Positions 28,928 to 40,618 of a stretch of DNA of 64,000 bases are shown here, one piece after another. The first letter of the stretch is position 1. Every line of letters starts with the position of its first letter. Below the pieces are notes generated by a model. That model was not told the DNA's origin. It saw only the letters and a program-made list of their open reading frames with translations, and made no database searches. A program made the position numbers and the translations under genes. The stretch comes from an uncultured bacterium (GTDB lineage Bacteria > UBP4 > UBA4092), in the NCBI GenBank assembly GCA_964644695.1, contig CAZXWN010000014.1, positions 1 through 64,000 of the forward strand, in the 5' to 3' direction.

Positions 28928-29800
28928 TTATGCCGATTTCAAAATAGATTCAACCAAAAGGGATATTTCTTGAGTTGTCTCAGCAATAGGGACCCGGGCT
29001 GCTTGAAGTGCTGCCACTTTGGCCTGCGCGGTTCCTTTACCACCGGAAATGATGGCACCTGCATGCCCCATTCGTTTACCGGGAGGGGCAGTCCGACCCG
29101 AAATAAAACTGACAACCGGTTTAGTCATCGTGGGGATATATTCTGCAGCTATTTCCTCATCAGAGCCACCAATCTCCCCAATCATAACCACCAAATCCGT
29201 ATCAGGATCTTTATCAAATAAAGGAAGAATGTCGATAAAGGTTGACCCAAGGATTGGATCTCCTCCGATACCGATAATCGTTGACTGACCAATACCTAAT
29301 CGACTCAAATCATTAACCACTTCATAAGTGAGGGTTCCTGACCGGGATACCACTCCAACCTTTCCTAAAGCAGCAATGTTCCCGGGGGTAATTCCCATTT
29401 TGGCTTGACCGGGGGTCAATAATCCAGGACAGTTAGGTCCAATTAATCGGGTTTTGGAGTGTCGGATATACTGTGTGACTCGTAACATATCCTGAATCGG
29501 AATTCCTTCAGTAATACAGACGACTAATTCTAAACCGCCATCGACAGCCTCTAAAATGGCATCCGAAGCAAAAGCCGCAGGCACAAAGATAACTGAGGCC
29601 GTAGCTCCAGTCACACTGACCGCCTGTTGAACAGTATCAAAAACGGGAATACCCAGAACAGAAACGCCACCTCTTCCGGGAGTGACTCCTCCTACCAGGC
29701 GGGTCCCATATTGAAGCATCTGTTCCGCATGAAAACTGCCTTCTCGTCCTGTAATACCCTGAACGATAACTTTAGTCTCGTTATTAAGCAGAATGGCCAT
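28928..29800 (-). CDS. sucD: Succinyl-CoA synthetase alpha subunit
   Basis: [28 protein letters not shown]; start revised to MAILL. Confidence 0.95.
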   Translation of the reverse strand: MAILLNNETKVIVQGITGREGSFHAEQMLQYGTRLVGGVTPGRGGVSVLGIPVFDTVQQAVSVTGATASVIFVPAAFASDAILEAVDGGLELVVCITEGIPIQDMLRVTQYIRHSKTRLIGPNCPGLLTPGQAKMGITPGNIAALGKVGVVSRSGTLTYEVVNDLSRLGIGQSTIIGIGGDPILGSTFIDILPLFDKDPDTDLVVMIGEIGGSDEEIAAEYIPTMTKPVVSFISGRTAPPGKRMGHAGAIISGGKGTAQAKVAALQAARVPIAETTQEISLLVESILKSA

Positions 29801-30926
29801 AGGCGGCCTCCAAAATAAGTTGTGCAGCATCTTGCATTGAATCAGCAGAAAGGAGACGACCACTTTGTAACAAAGCTCGACCTTCTTCTGCACGAGTTCC
29901 GGTTAAACGAACAACAATGGGAATTTGAACTCTTACTTGTCCAATCGCTAATAATATTCCCTTAGCAACCTCATCACATCGGGTAATACCACCAAACACA
30001 TTAAACAAAATTCCTTTGATATTGGGGTCCATTAAAACTGTTTCCAGGGCAGCTTTCACATGTTCAGCCGTTGCACCACCACCAATATCAAGGAAATTGG
30101 CTGGGTTACCCCCTGCCCGTTTCACCTCATCTAAAGTGGCCATGACTAACCCCGCGCCATTCCCTATAATCCCAATATCACCCTGTAACCGAACATACTG
30201 TAAGCCTTTTTGATGAGCAACCGCTTCTATAGGATCCTCTTCAGAGGATTCCTTCCATTCCGTCAGTGTTGCCTGGCGATACAGAGCATTGTCATCAATA
30301 TTGATTTTTCCATCCGCGGCCATAATAGTCCCATCGTGGGTAACGACCAGGGGATTTATCTCGGCCAACGTGGCATCATACTTCACATAAACCTGATATA
30401 ACTGTCGAATAATTCGGGAGATATCAGAAATCTGGTTTCTGGGAAGATTGGAAGAATAAAGAAGAGTCCGAATCCCCGGATCAGTGAGTCCCAGAAGTGG
30501 ATCAATACCTATCTTATGTATTTTTTCTGGATGTGTGATTGCAACTTCTTCAATATCCATTCCACCCATAAGACTGAACATGATGATATTTCGTTGGGAG
30601 TCCCTATCCAGTACAATACCCAGATAATATTCCTTCTGAATAGCCAGGACTTTTTCTACCAAAACTTTCTCAACAGGAAGACCCTTTATTTTCATCTCCA
30701 GGATTTGCGCTGTCAGTGTCCCCGCTTCTTTAGCGCTGTGAGCAACCTTTATTCCCCCCGCTTTGCCTCTTCCTCCAACATGTACCTGAGCTTTAATGAC
30801 AACATGACTGGGAATCCTGAAAGCAATAGCTTGAGCCTGTTCAGGATTGGAGGCAACTTCACCCTCTGGAATGGGTATTCCAGCTTTATGCATTAATTCC
30901 TTGGCCTGATACTCATGTATCTTCAT
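29784..30926 (-). CDS. sucC: Succinyl-CoA synthetase beta subunit
   Basis: [43 protein letters not shown]. Confidence 0.95.
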   Translation of the reverse strand: MKIHEYQAKELMHKAGIPIPEGEVASNPEQAQAIAFRIPSHVVIKAQVHVGGRGKAGGIKVAHSAKEAGTLTAQILEMKIKGLPVEKVLVEKVLAIQKEYYLGIVLDRDSQRNIIMFSLMGGMDIEEVAITHPEKIHKIGIDPLLGLTDPGIRTLLYSSNLPRNQISDISRIIRQLYQVYVKYDATLAEINPLVVTHDGTIMAADGKINIDDNALYRQATLTEWKESSEEDPIEAVAHQKGLQYVRLQGDIGIIGNGAGLVMATLDEVKRAGGNPANFLDIGGGATAEHVKAALETVLMDPNIKGILFNVFGGITRCDEVAKGILLAIGQVRVQIPIVVRLTGTRAEEGRALLQSGRLLSADSMQDAAQLILEAAYGHSA

Positions 30927-30970
30927 GATCGGAATAACTCCTCTTATCGTGAGAGGTTAAATATACCCTT

Positions 30971-30999
30971 GTTTTACCCAATATTGATACAGTTGTCAA
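30971..30999 (-). promoter_or_regulatory. sigma70 promoter of sucCD
   Basis: TTGACA(30994-30999)-17 nt-TAAAAC(30971-30976). Confidence 0.55.
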
Positions 31000-31021
31000 A
31001 TCAAACACAAACGAAAACAAT

Positions 31022-31054
31022 AAAAAACAGCGGAACTGTTAACAGTTCCGCTGT
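31022..31054 (-). terminator. Intrinsic terminator after icd
   Basis: ACAGCGGAACTGTT/AACAGTTCCGCTGT followed by a T tract on the minus strand. Confidence 0.8.
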
Positions 31055-31075
31055 GCGTATTCCGATTAATAGCTG

Positions 31076-32149
31076 TTATTTTTCTAATTTAGCGATAATT
31101 GCATCTGCCATTTGTGATGTTCCAACAGCTGTGGGGTCGTTTCGGTCTTGCTTCATATCGTAAGTAACATTTTTCCCTTCAGCAATAACTTCAGCAATGG
31201 CTTTGTCCAGGCGATTTGCCGCATCATGTTCTTTCAGGTAATCCAACATAAGCTTACCGGAAAGAATCATGGCCGTAGGATTAACCTTATTCATCCCTTT
31301 ATATTTTGGTGCGGATCCATGAGTCGGCTCAAAGACAGCGCCATCCATTCCAATATTGGCACCTGGGGCCATGCCTAATCCACCCACTAAGCCAGCACAC
31401 AGATCTGACAAAATATCACCATAGAGATTGGGTAGAAGCAGTACATCATATAATTCTGGCTTCTGAACTAACTGCATGCACATATTGTCAACTAACACCG
31501 TTTCAAAGGCAATATTGTTAGTGTAATCTTTAGACACTTCTTCAGAAACGCGGAAGAATAATCCATCAGTATATTTCATAATGTTGGCCTTAGCGACGGC
31601 AGACACTTTCTTACGACCGTTATCCACGGCATAATCAAAAGCGTATTTTGCAATTCGCTGAGTTCCAGAAACAGAGATAGGCTTGATGCTGATGGCACTG
31701 TCAGACTTTATCCGACCCTTGCTCATCTCAATAAGTGCTTTCTGCTCATCAGAGTCGATATCATATTCAATACCGGCATACAGGTCCTCTGTATTTTCCC
31801 GGACAATCACCAAATCGACATTGGAATACCGTGACCGTACACCCACATAGGATTTGCAGGGACGAACACAGGCAAATAACTGCAGTTCCTGCCGCAAGGC
31901 TACATTCACACTCCGGAACCCCTTACCAATAGGTGTCGTGATAGGACCTTTTAAGGCAACTTTATTTTTCTTAATGCTATCTAATACATGGGACGGAAGT
32001 GGTGTCCCATATTTATCCATAACATCAGAGCCTGCTTCTTGAATGTCCCAGTTAAATTTAACTCCGGTAGCCTCTAATACACGCCGGGTCGCTTCCGCAA
32101 GTTCGGGTCCGGTTCCATCACCGGGGATAAGTGTTACATCATAAGACAT
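31076..32149 (-). CDS. icd: Isocitrate dehydrogenase (probably NADP-dependent)
   Basis: [36 protein letters not shown] has the Lys-Tyr NADP signature; adjacent to aconitase. Confidence 0.88.
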   Translation of the reverse strand: MSYDVTLIPGDGTGPELAEATRRVLEATGVKFNWDIQEAGSDVMDKYGTPLPSHVLDSIKKNKVALKGPITTPIGKGFRSVNVALRQELQLFACVRPCKSYVGVRSRYSNVDLVIVRENTEDLYAGIEYDIDSDEQKALIEMSKGRIKSDSAISIKPISVSGTQRIAKYAFDYAVDNGRKKVSAVAKANIMKYTDGLFFRVSEEVSKDYTNNIAFETVLVDNMCMQLVQKPELYDVLLLPNLYGDILSDLCAGLVGGLGMAPGANIGMDGAVFEPTHGSAPKYKGMNKVNPTAMILSGKLMLDYLKEHDAANRLDKAIAEVIAEGKNVTYDMKQDRNDPTAVGTSQMADAIIAKLEK

Positions 32150-32171
32150 CGTGTGGTTCTCCTCTTTAGAA

Positions 32172-34100
32172 TCAATACTGAGTTTTTTCTCTTGTGTAGT
32201 TTAATAATCCACCGGCATATATGACATCCATCTCCCGCGGAGACAAATCATGCTTAACTGTAAAAGTAAATCCTTGTGTTACATTTTTGACAGTTATCTT
32301 GCCAGATTTTAATTCGGCAAATATATCCATAAACTCCAATGCATCTCCCTGGTTTATCCGGTCATAATCAACTGGATTTTCAAAAATCAGAGGAAGCAGG
32401 CCAAAATTAACCAGGTTTGACCGGTGGATACGGGCAAAGGATTTTACCAAAACAGCTTTAATACCCAAATACATGGGAGCTAATGCCGCATGTTCGCGGC
32501 TGGATCCTTGTCCATAGTTTTCTCCACCTACGATAAAACCACCATTTTTCTCTTTTGCTCTTTTACTGAATTCAGGATCAATTCGGGTAAACACATATTC
32601 GGAAATACCCGGAATATTTGAACGAAGGGGAAGTATTTTGGCACCTGCAGGCATAATATGGTCAGTTGTGATGTTATCTCCGACCTTTAATAACACTTCA
32701 CCCGTTATAGATTTAGCAAGCGGCTTATTGATAGGAAGAGGTTTAATATTGGGGCCACGAATTACTTCCACCGGGCTGCCAGCTTCAGCAGGAGCAATAA
32801 CCATACTGTCATCAACAAGGAACTCCAGAGGCATATCTACTGAAGGATAATCACCCAGTTTCCGTGGATCTGTTATGACGCCAAAGATAGCACAGGCAAC
32901 ACAGGTCTCAGGACTGGCCAAATAAACCTGAGCATCAGCGGTCCCTGAACGACCCTCAAAATTACGGTTAAAAGACCGGATTGATACAGCTTTTGAAGAA
33001 GGGGCTTGCCCCATTCCAATACAGGGGCCACACGCGGATTCTAATAAACGAACACCCGCCGCAATATAATCAGCTAACACCCCGTTCCGGGCTATCATCT
33101 CTAAAACTTGCTTCGAGCCAGGAGTGGCAACCATACTGACAGAGGGATTAACATGACGACCTCTAAGAAGCAGTCCTACCCGCATCAAATCAGTAAAAGA
33201 TGAGTTAGTACAAGAGCCAACGGCCACCTGTTGCACTGGAGTGCCTGCCACCTCACTGACACGAACAACTTTGTCAGGGCTATGAGGACAAGCAATCATA
33301 GGCTCCAAGGTATTTAAATCAATTACGACCGTCTCATCGTAAGTTGCATCAACATCAGCAGCCAAAGGTTGGAAATCTTTATGCCGTTTCTGTGCTTTCA
33401 GGTAGTTTTCTGTTTGTGTATCACTTGGGAAAATTGATGTAGTGGCACCCAGTTCAGCTCCCATATTAGTTATGGTGGCACGTTCCGGAACAGTTAAGGA
33501 GGCAACACCTTCTCCACTGTATTCAAAAACTCGACCCACACCACCTTTTACAGTAAGCTTACGCAGTAATTCAAGAATAATATCTTTGGCACTGACCCAC
33601 GGTTGAAGTTTGCCTTTAAGCTCGACGTTGACTACTTTAGGCATTTTAGTGAAGAATGCTCCCCCACCCATTGCCACAGCAACATCAAGACCTCCTACAC
33701 CAATGGCCAGGGCACCAATGCCACCGGCAGTTGGGGTATGGCTGTCAGAACCTAATTGAGTCGCACCGGGAACGGCAAACCGTTCAAGATGGACCTGATG
33801 GCAAATGCCATTACCAGGCCGTGAAAAATAAATCCCATGCTTTGAGGCAACAGTTTGCAAATAGATATGGTCATCTGCGTTTTCAAAACCGGTCTGGAGC
33901 ATATTATGATCGACATAACTAACCGATAATTTTGTCTTAACACGAGGGATTCCCATGGCCTCAAACTGTAAGTATGCCATAGTTCCAGTAGCATCCTGAG
34001 TTATTGTCTGGTCAATTTTCAATCCAATTTCACTGCCGGGTATCATTTCACCGGAGACGAGATGTTCTTTGATGATCTTCTGGGTAAGATTTAATCCCAT
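32172..34100 (-). CDS. Aconitate hydratase
   Basis: [48 protein letters not shown]. Confidence 0.93.
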   Translation of the reverse strand: MGLNLTQKIIKEHLVSGEMIPGSEIGLKIDQTITQDATGTMAYLQFEAMGIPRVKTKLSVSYVDHNMLQTGFENADDHIYLQTVASKHGIYFSRPGNGICHQVHLERFAVPGATQLGSDSHTPTAGGIGALAIGVGGLDVAVAMGGGAFFTKMPKVVNVELKGKLQPWVSAKDIILELLRKLTVKGGVGRVFEYSGEGVASLTVPERATITNMGAELGATTSIFPSDTQTENYLKAQKRHKDFQPLAADVDATYDETVVIDLNTLEPMIACPHSPDKVVRVSEVAGTPVQQVAVGSCTNSSFTDLMRVGLLLRGRHVNPSVSMVATPGSKQVLEMIARNGVLADYIAAGVRLLESACGPCIGMGQAPSSKAVSIRSFNRNFEGRSGTADAQVYLASPETCVACAIFGVITDPRKLGDYPSVDMPLEFLVDDSMVIAPAEAGSPVEVIRGPNIKPLPINKPLAKSITGEVLLKVGDNITTDHIMPAGAKILPLRSNIPGISEYVFTRIDPEFSKRAKEKNGGFIVGGENYGQGSSREHAALAPMYLGIKAVLVKSFARIHRSNLVNFGLLPLIFENPVDYDRINQGDALEFMDIFAELKSGKITVKNVTQGFTFTVKHDLSPREMDVIYAGGLLNYTREKTQY

Positions 34101-34196
34101 TAGAGGTCTCCTTTCATGGTATAAAAATGAGGGATTACTCTATAAATTATAACGGATTTACAGCCTTTCTTCCTTAACACATGAATGTTTCACAAT

Positions 34197-34234
34197 AAAA
34201 AAAGGACTGTCTTAATCCAGAAGACAGTCCTTTT
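34197..34234 (-). terminator. Intrinsic terminator
   Basis: AAAAGGACTGTCTT...AAGACAGTCCTTTT. Confidence 0.85.
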
Positions 34235-34254
34235 CATGCTAACCTTCATTGGGT

Positions 34255-36195
34255 TCAGTCCAGATAAGGCCGTTTAGCAAAGCAAAAATGATTCGTCCAT
34301 GTTGGTGAATATAATGGATCCTTGGGATCAAAAGAACTGACCTGAACTTCTGGTGGAGAGGCATGTAAGAACCGCTTTCCACCGATAGAAATTCCTGTGT
34401 GTACAACTCTACCAAGATCATCTATAAAATAGACTAAATCTCCCGGTTTCAAATAATCCATGTTCCAGGGAGTACCTACTAACTGCCCGGAGATTATTTG
34501 CTGGCGGGCATCACGTCCCATGAGTATCCCTTGCGACTGATAAGCTGTACCCGTAAGTCCGGAACAATCAACTCCAAACCGGCTTTTTCCTCCATACACA
34601 TAGGGAACGGTTCTATATTCCAAAGCAGATTGTGCCGCCTTAAGTCCAGTTTCTCCATTCGTGGGTAAAAAATTGACCAGCGATTTCGATATAGTAACTT
34701 GAGACTGATTTTGGGTTGAACGGAATCCTCTGGGAAGCCTGATTGTTACCGTGGAATCACTAGAAGAAACTATTGGATGGGCAGAACCTGCGGGAATCCG
34801 CAAAACATCAATTAACACATCGCTTTTTATTACAACCCTATCCGCAAACGCCCATTCTTTGAATTCATCCATTGTCAAAGGAAGAACTCCTTCATATCGA
34901 ACCCAACCAATATATCCATCCTGTCCGTGCACTAAATAAAAAGTGCTGTCATCGGAAATATCTAAAAGATGAAGACGGTCACCCATCCATATCTGGGATT
35001 GAACATTTGCACCTTCACGGGGTTCACCCCAAGTGAGAGATTCAGGAATCGGACAAATGCCCATTATCGTTTCACCCAGCTTATCTTTATCGGGAAGCAA
35101 GCGAATATTGTTTTTCACAAGTTTTATGCCCAAATGATTTAATATCTTTTCTGGAGTTTCTTTTAATTGCGGAAGATTGACTGCCCCATTTAGTAGCCAC
35201 TCTTTCCCATCTTTCTGGGCATCTACTCGACAGTAGAATAGTGTTCGATCAGTTAATATCTTCTCGCGGTAATTATTCAAAATCCAATTAACTTCTTTCT
35301 CTGTCTTGGGCGGCGTATTAAAAGGCCAGAGGTTTTGTGCTAGTGCAGGTAAATCGGGATGACGGTTCTCTACCTGTCGAGCACTCATCCGGCTGAAATA
35401 CTCCAGCTCTTCCGAATTTCGTATTGTGGTTAATCCATAATACTTTTTACGAAAATCTTCTAATTCTTTACGGTGTGTAGCCCACATTCGGACAACACCA
35501 TTATATACAGCCTGAGCTTCAATGCGGTGAACACCAGGTTGATTTACCCATTCATCAAATTCAGCATTTGAAAGAAATCCAAACTCAATACCAATGGAGG
35601 GAATATCTGCGTAAGTCACAAGCGGGTGTTTTGCAATCCACAAGTCGAACTTTTCAGTATGCGGAAGCATTTTATCAACTTCATATCGCATTATTTCAGC
35701 AAACTGTGTTTCCAATTCCTGGGGATTTCCTGTGGAATCGGTAGGGTAGGCCAATATCATGACACCATTAGCAGTGGTGCGAACTGACGCATTATGGTGA
35801 AGAGACAAAAACAAATGTGATCGACCATCCACAGCTTTTTGGACTCTGGCACCTAGTTCAGTGGAACGGTCCGAGGCTCCCGGAGTAACCTTCCGGTCAT
35901 CACTTCGTGTCATATAAACCCGGGCACCCGCATCATGCAGATAGTGCCGAAGCTCAGCCGCGACTAACATGTTCAGATATTCTTCATCAACGTTGGATTT
36001 CACTCCCCTGGCTGAACCGATATACCCTTCCGCATGGGACAATCCTCCATGCCCCGGGTCTATAGTAATGACCAAACCCTGCAAGGGTCTTCCTTGGGGT
36101 TTAAAGGGAATCTCATCAGGAACAGGGAGTGGCTGAGTCTGGGCAAATAGTGATACTGAACAGAAAAACAGAAAAACCATTAAAACATTTTTCAT
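34255..36195 (-). CDS. Secreted N-acetylmuramoyl-L-alanine amidase (Amidase_3) fused to an SH3-like domain and an NlpC/P60 peptidase
   Basis: IDPGHGG, EEYLN, SLHHNA, IEFGFLSN; DGYIGWV; PYVYGG..GVDCSG, RDARQQ, HTGI, FLHA. Confidence 0.88.
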   Translation of the reverse strand: MKNVLMVFLFFCSVSLFAQTQPLPVPDEIPFKPQGRPLQGLVITIDPGHGGLSHAEGYIGSARGVKSNVDEEYLNMLVAAELRHYLHDAGARVYMTRSDDRKVTPGASDRSTELGARVQKAVDGRSHLFLSLHHNASVRTTANGVMILAYPTDSTGNPQELETQFAEIMRYEVDKMLPHTEKFDLWIAKHPLVTYADIPSIGIEFGFLSNAEFDEWVNQPGVHRIEAQAVYNGVVRMWATHRKELEDFRKKYYGLTTIRNSEELEYFSRMSARQVENRHPDLPALAQNLWPFNTPPKTEKEVNWILNNYREKILTDRTLFYCRVDAQKDGKEWLLNGAVNLPQLKETPEKILNHLGIKLVKNNIRLLPDKDKLGETIMGICPIPESLTWGEPREGANVQSQIWMGDRLHLLDISDDSTFYLVHGQDGYIGWVRYEGVLPLTMDEFKEWAFADRVVIKSDVLIDVLRIPAGSAHPIVSSSDSTVTIRLPRGFRSTQNQSQVTISKSLVNFLPTNGETGLKAAQSALEYRTVPYVYGGKSRFGVDCSGLTGTAYQSQGILMGRDARQQIISGQLVGTPWNMDYLKPGDLVYFIDDLGRVVHTGISIGGKRFLHASPPEVQVSSFDPKDPLYSPTWTNHFCFAKRPYLD

Positions 36196-36278
36196 AAATA
36201 GTTTCCTATCCACTTAAACATTATAGTTAGCACCATCATACTGAAATAATTAGATATCTGACAATAGAGTACTCCTGT

Positions 36279-37016
36279 TTACTTTGCAAAATCCATCAGG
36301 AAAGGAAACCATTCTGTTACTTTATTTGTAATTAATGTAAACCGATTTAATAAAATCAGAACACCAATCAAAACCAAAAGAATTCCTGACAAGATTTCAA
36401 TCAGACGGAAATGCTTCTTAATCCGGTTAAACAACTGAATGAACCTGTTCAACGCCAGGGCGGTTGCAAGGAAGGGTATACCTAAACCAAGGGAGTAAGC
36501 CGAGAGGAGCAAAACACCTCTTGTGAGTGTTTCAGAATCCGCTGCTAATGCAAGTATTCCCCCAAGGATAGGACCGATACAAGGAGTCCATCCAAAGGCA
36601 AAAGAAAGTCCCAGCGCAAAGGCACCAATGAATGAAGCTGCTTTCTGTGGACCCTCAAACTTTTTCACATTCATCAGGAAAGCAATCCGCAAAACTCCAA
36701 TCAAATGAAGCCCAAAAACAATTACAATAACTCCAGCAATTTGCGTAAATAAGGGAAGATATCGCAATAAAGCCTGTCCCAGCCAGGTAGCCGTGGCTCC
36801 CAGTAAAACAAACACAACAGAAAAACCTAAAACAAAAAACAAGGAATTCACAAAGGCCTTGCTGGTATGACTTGAAGTACCATCCTCCTTACGCAATTCC
36901 TCCAGGGATACGCCTGTAATAAAGGAAATATAGGCAGGGACTAAGGGAAGAACACAAGGAGAAATGAAAGAAATTATACCGGCGATAAAAGCGCTGACAA
37001 TTCCAATATCAGTCAA
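36279..37016 (-). CDS. ccdA: Cytochrome c biogenesis / disulfide transport protein CcdA
   Basis: SPCVLPLVP and WTPCIGP motifs, about 6 TM; TTG start with AGGAGG RBS. Confidence 0.92.
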   Translation of the reverse strand: MTDIGIVSAFIAGIISFISPCVLPLVPAYISFITGVSLEELRKEDGTSSHTSKAFVNSLFFVLGFSVVFVLLGATATWLGQALLRYLPLFTQIAGVIVIVFGLHLIGVLRIAFLMNVKKFEGPQKAASFIGAFALGLSFAFGWTPCIGPILGGILALAADSETLTRGVLLLSAYSLGLGIPFLATALALNRFIQLFNRIKKHFRLIEILSGILLVLIGVLILLNRFTLITNKVTEWFPFLMDFAK

Positions 37017-37087
37017 AATTAAGTCCTCCTAAAGAAACAGTTATCTTCAATTGGTAACTTCAGATGAAAGATATTTGTTCCCTCCAT

Positions 37088-38713
37088 CTATTCAGACCGA
37101 GATTGGTTATTATCAGATTTCTCAGAAGTTTTTACTTCAGTCTCTTCTGTCTCTAAAACAGGTTCAGGAACAACAGCCTTATCAAAACTGGCAAGGAGAA
37201 CACAAGCGCTATCCTGTGTTTCTTCGACCCGGGATGTAGGAACAGTGTAATTTCCACACATCATAGAGAAAGCCCAGGTATCTGCATTTCGAGTTTGAAC
37301 ATACCCTGATAAGCAACGGGTATGCATAATATAGCCCGTTTTGGCACGAACAATACCTTCGGCTGGAGTCCCTTTGATTCGTCTTGATAAAGTTCCATCC
37401 ACTCCCGCAACAGGCAGGGATACCCAATACGCTTCTTTCAAGTTAGGATTGTTATACATATATCGAAGAAGCTGAACGGTGTGCGCGGGTTGAACACGAT
37501 TCAAAGAAGACAACCCTGAACCATCCACAATATGTATCTTTTCCAAATTAATACCCACCTGATTTTCCAGGAACATATCAACGGCTTCACTGCCTTTAGA
37601 TGTTGATCCAATTCCCCTAACCTTTTTGCCTATTACTTTTTCTAACTGCTCAGCAAAGTAGTTTTGACTATATTTATTGGTTATTCGTACAATCTCTGAC
37701 AGAGGGGGGGACACATAAGATAAATAAGTTATTGTATTTCGGCTGTACAGATATTGCGATTCACTAAAAGAAAAATCATCAATATCTCTCGGTTGGCCTT
37801 CTACTCTAATGCCTGCAGCAGTAATTCTTTCATACAGTACCGTAGCAAAATACATTGTTGGATTATGGATTGAGCCCCAGAATCGTGTAGTTCCGGTACC
37901 CAGGGGAAGTTGTCCTTCAAGGGTTACCTTATTAGTGTTAAATTCACGGTCATAATCTAAAGTATTGGGAATCTCGGCAGCGACAGTAGTGGCTTGATTA
38001 ATGACCTGAATATAACCCGTGGGAAGTTTTAATTCCCATTTCACAGGGTCTCCAACCTTCATCCCCGGGATAACCATTAAATCATAAGTATTATCATTTA
38101 AGTTCAGGGCAGACTGTTCGGCAGAAAATCCACTGGGACTATATCCCCAAGTCCAGGACCCCGGCATATATTGGTCATCTAATTCATTATCATCCCCAAT
38201 CACATCGCCAAGGATTTTGCTAACACCCTGTTTTTGTAACTTACGAATCCAGTTCTGCAACAGGTCTTCTGTCACCGTTGTTCCGGGCTTATATCGACCA
38301 GAAAATGTGGGATCCCCAGTACCCTTTATAATCAAATCTCCGTCTAATACCCCACGTCTCTGGAGCTGCCCCCCAAATACCTGAGTAGTAAATGTAGATT
38401 GAGGACCTAAATAATAGAGAGCTGCCGCCGTAGTATAAAGTTTTGTATTGGATGCCGGCGTTAATCTCTTTTCATTATTGTGTCCATATATCAACTCACC
38501 CGTTTGAACATCTCGAATCTCCACACCCCAAAAAGCATCTGAATACACAGGGTTATTAAATAAATCGTCTAACTGTTTCTGAAGATTCTGAAGTGCAGTT
38601 ATTTTCACAGGTTGCGGTTTAACTTCAGCCTCTTTGTTGTGAGGAGTCAGCGTAGCACAACCTGTTAAAGCGACTAAGACAAGCGCTAACAATAAGATAA
38701 TCTGTTTTATCAT
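37088..38713 (-). CDS. dacB: D-Ala-D-Ala carboxypeptidase/endopeptidase (peptidase S13, PBP4), lipoprotein
   Basis: Lipobox LTGC; PASNTK, GDP, SQN, DGSGLS, KTG. Confidence 0.93.
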   Translation of the reverse strand: MIKQIILLLALVLVALTGCATLTPHNKEAEVKPQPVKITALQNLQKQLDDLFNNPVYSDAFWGVEIRDVQTGELIYGHNNEKRLTPASNTKLYTTAAALYYLGPQSTFTTQVFGGQLQRRGVLDGDLIIKGTGDPTFSGRYKPGTTVTEDLLQNWIRKLQKQGVSKILGDVIGDDNELDDQYMPGSWTWGYSPSGFSAEQSALNLNDNTYDLMVIPGMKVGDPVKWELKLPTGYIQVINQATTVAAEIPNTLDYDREFNTNKVTLEGQLPLGTGTTRFWGSIHNPTMYFATVLYERITAAGIRVEGQPRDIDDFSFSESQYLYSRNTITYLSYVSPPLSEIVRITNKYSQNYFAEQLEKVIGKKVRGIGSTSKGSEAVDMFLENQVGINLEKIHIVDGSGLSSLNRVQPAHTVQLLRYMYNNPNLKEAYWVSLPVAGVDGTLSRRIKGTPAEGIVRAKTGYIMHTRCLSGYVQTRNADTWAFSMMCGNYTVPTSRVEETQDSACVLLASFDKAVVPEPVLETEETEVKTSEKSDNNQSRSE

Positions 38714-38957
38714 AATGGCCTCATTGTATCCAAAACAAAGACTTACAACAAGTTACCTAATGTGCACCTAGCTTTATAACACATAGTGAACTCTGTTTTG
38801 GTGAATTATTTTATGTCTAATCTATATAATTGCCTATCAATATTTGATTAATCCTTTGGTGTTATATAAAATCCGTTTTATTATTATATTGTCCTTAATA
38901 CTCTCACAGTTATATAGAGTTACTTTGGGATATTATTTCTTACTAAAGAGGAAAATA

Positions 38958-39923
38958 ATGATTGAACGTTTTTTTGTTACGGGTGGAGCAGGTTTCATAG
39001 GAAGTCATTTGGTTTCCAAACTCTTATCTGAGGGACATGCAGTTACTGTTTTTGACAACTTAAGTTCCGGAAAAAACGAGTTTATCCTCGACTTTAAGGA
39101 AAACAATGATTTCAAGTTCATTAAAGGTGATTTGTTGGACCTCCCGTTATTGAATAAATCCATTCAAGGCCATGATATGGTCTTTCATCTTGCAGCTAAT
39201 CCAGACATTAGATATGGAATTGAATATACTGATACAGATTTAAAGCAAGGAACAATCGCTACCTATAATGTATTAGAAGCAATGAGACTTAATAACATTA
39301 AAAAACTAGGATTTTCATCTAGTTCTGTTATTTATGGTGAACCAAAACTAATGCCTACACCTGAGAATTATGGTCCTTTATTCCCAATATCTCTATATGG
39401 AGCAAGCAAACTGGCATCAGAAGCCTTAATATCAAGCTTTTGTCATACTTTTAATATGCAGGGTTGGATTTATCGGTTTGCAAATATTACAGGATCACAT
39501 AGCACCCATGGGATTATCTTTGATTTTTTCAAAAAGCTACAAAAAACTCCCCATGAACTAGAAGTGTTAGGAAATGGAAAGCAACGCAAATCCTATCTGT
39601 TAGTCGAAGATTGCGTTGATGCCATGCTTTATGTTTACAGAAACTCCAAGAAACCCTTAAATGTATATAATCTTGGATGTTCAGACCAAATTGAGATTTC
39701 CAGAATAGCGGAGATGTTTCTCGAAGAGCAAAACTTACAAAATAAAGTCAAAATAAAATATACGGGCTCTGAACGCGGCTGGGCCGGGGATGTAATTGAG
39801 ATGAAGCTTGATGTGAGTCAGTTAAATAATCTGGGATGGAAATCATCTTTGTCATCTGAACAAGTCGTACAAAAAACCATCCATGTTCTGATGGAAGATT
39901 ATAAGAAAAAAGGAATATTATAG
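38958..39923 (+). CDS. NAD-dependent epimerase/dehydratase (extended SDR)
   Basis: TGGAGFIGS, HLAANPD, SSS, YGASK; start revised to MIERFF. Confidence 0.9.
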   Translation: MIERFFVTGGAGFIGSHLVSKLLSEGHAVTVFDNLSSGKNEFILDFKENNDFKFIKGDLLDLPLLNKSIQGHDMVFHLAANPDIRYGIEYTDTDLKQGTIATYNVLEAMRLNNIKKLGFSSSSVIYGEPKLMPTPENYGPLFPISLYGASKLASEALISSFCHTFNMQGWIYRFANITGSHSTHGIIFDFFKKLQKTPHELEVLGNGKQRKSYLLVEDCVDAMLYVYRNSKKPLNVYNLGCSDQIEISRIAEMFLEEQNLQNKVKIKYTGSERGWAGDVIEMKLDVSQLNNLGWKSSLSSEQVVQKTIHVLMEDYKKKGIL

Positions 39924-39925
39924 AA

Positions 39926-40618
39926 ATGGTAAAGCAGGTAGTAGTGATGGCTGGGGGTATGGGAACACGTCTTAGGCCATTAACTTACGATATACCAAAA
40001 CCAATGGTTCCAGTAAAAGACAAACCATTTCTGGAGCATCTGGTCTTATTGTTGAAAAACAACGGATTTTCCGACTTTTTGTTCTGTACTGGATACTTAT
40101 CTAAGCATATTGAACAATATTTTCTGGATGGCAGCAAATGGGGAATTAATATTCAATATTCAGTTGAACCGTCAGCATCGGGAACAGGTGGAGCATTAAA
40201 ATTGGCGGAACCATTATTAAAAGATGAATTTCTTCTTTTAAATGGAGATACTCTTTTAGATATTAATTACGGTGATTTAGTTGAATCTTTTGATAAAGAC
40301 AACTCAGAAGCATATATAGTTGCTTATACCAATGAAGAGAATATAACCGCCAACAATATTCGTGTTGACAAAGATAATTGGGTCATTGAATACAATAAAA
40401 AACATCCTGAGAACAAAACATGTGTCGATGCTGGAGTTCAAATATTCAGAAAAAGCATCTTAGATAAAATCCCAACTCAGAAAGTCGTTTCACTTGAAGA
40501 AGAAATATTTCCTGTTTTAATAAAAAACCATCAATTAAAAGCGTATATGACAAATAAACGTTTTTTTGATATGGGTACCCCAGAACGATTGTTCATCATA
40601 GAAAAGGTATTATCATGA
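39926..40618 (+). CDS. hddC: Sugar-1-phosphate nucleotidyltransferase (HddC-like)
   Basis: AGGMGTRLRP...PKPM, GTGGA, NGDT, DMGTPE; next to hddA and gmhA. Confidence 0.75.
   Translation: MVKQVVVMAGGMGTRLRPLTYDIPKPMVPVKDKPFLEHLVLLLKNNGFSDFLFCTGYLSKHIEQYFLDGSKWGINIQYSVEPSASGTGGALKLAEPLLKDEFLLLNGDTLLDINYGDLVESFDKDNSEAYIVAYTNEENITANNIRVDKDNWVIEYNKKHPENKTCVDAGVQIFRKSILDKIPTQKVVSLEEEIFPVLIKNHQLKAYMTNKRFFDMGTPERLFIIEKVLS

Noticed and set aside
28928-34100. TCA cluster lacking the 2-oxoglutarate step as a novel pathway
   Set aside because: Dispersed TCA genes are common; the missing enzyme may be elsewhere in the genome
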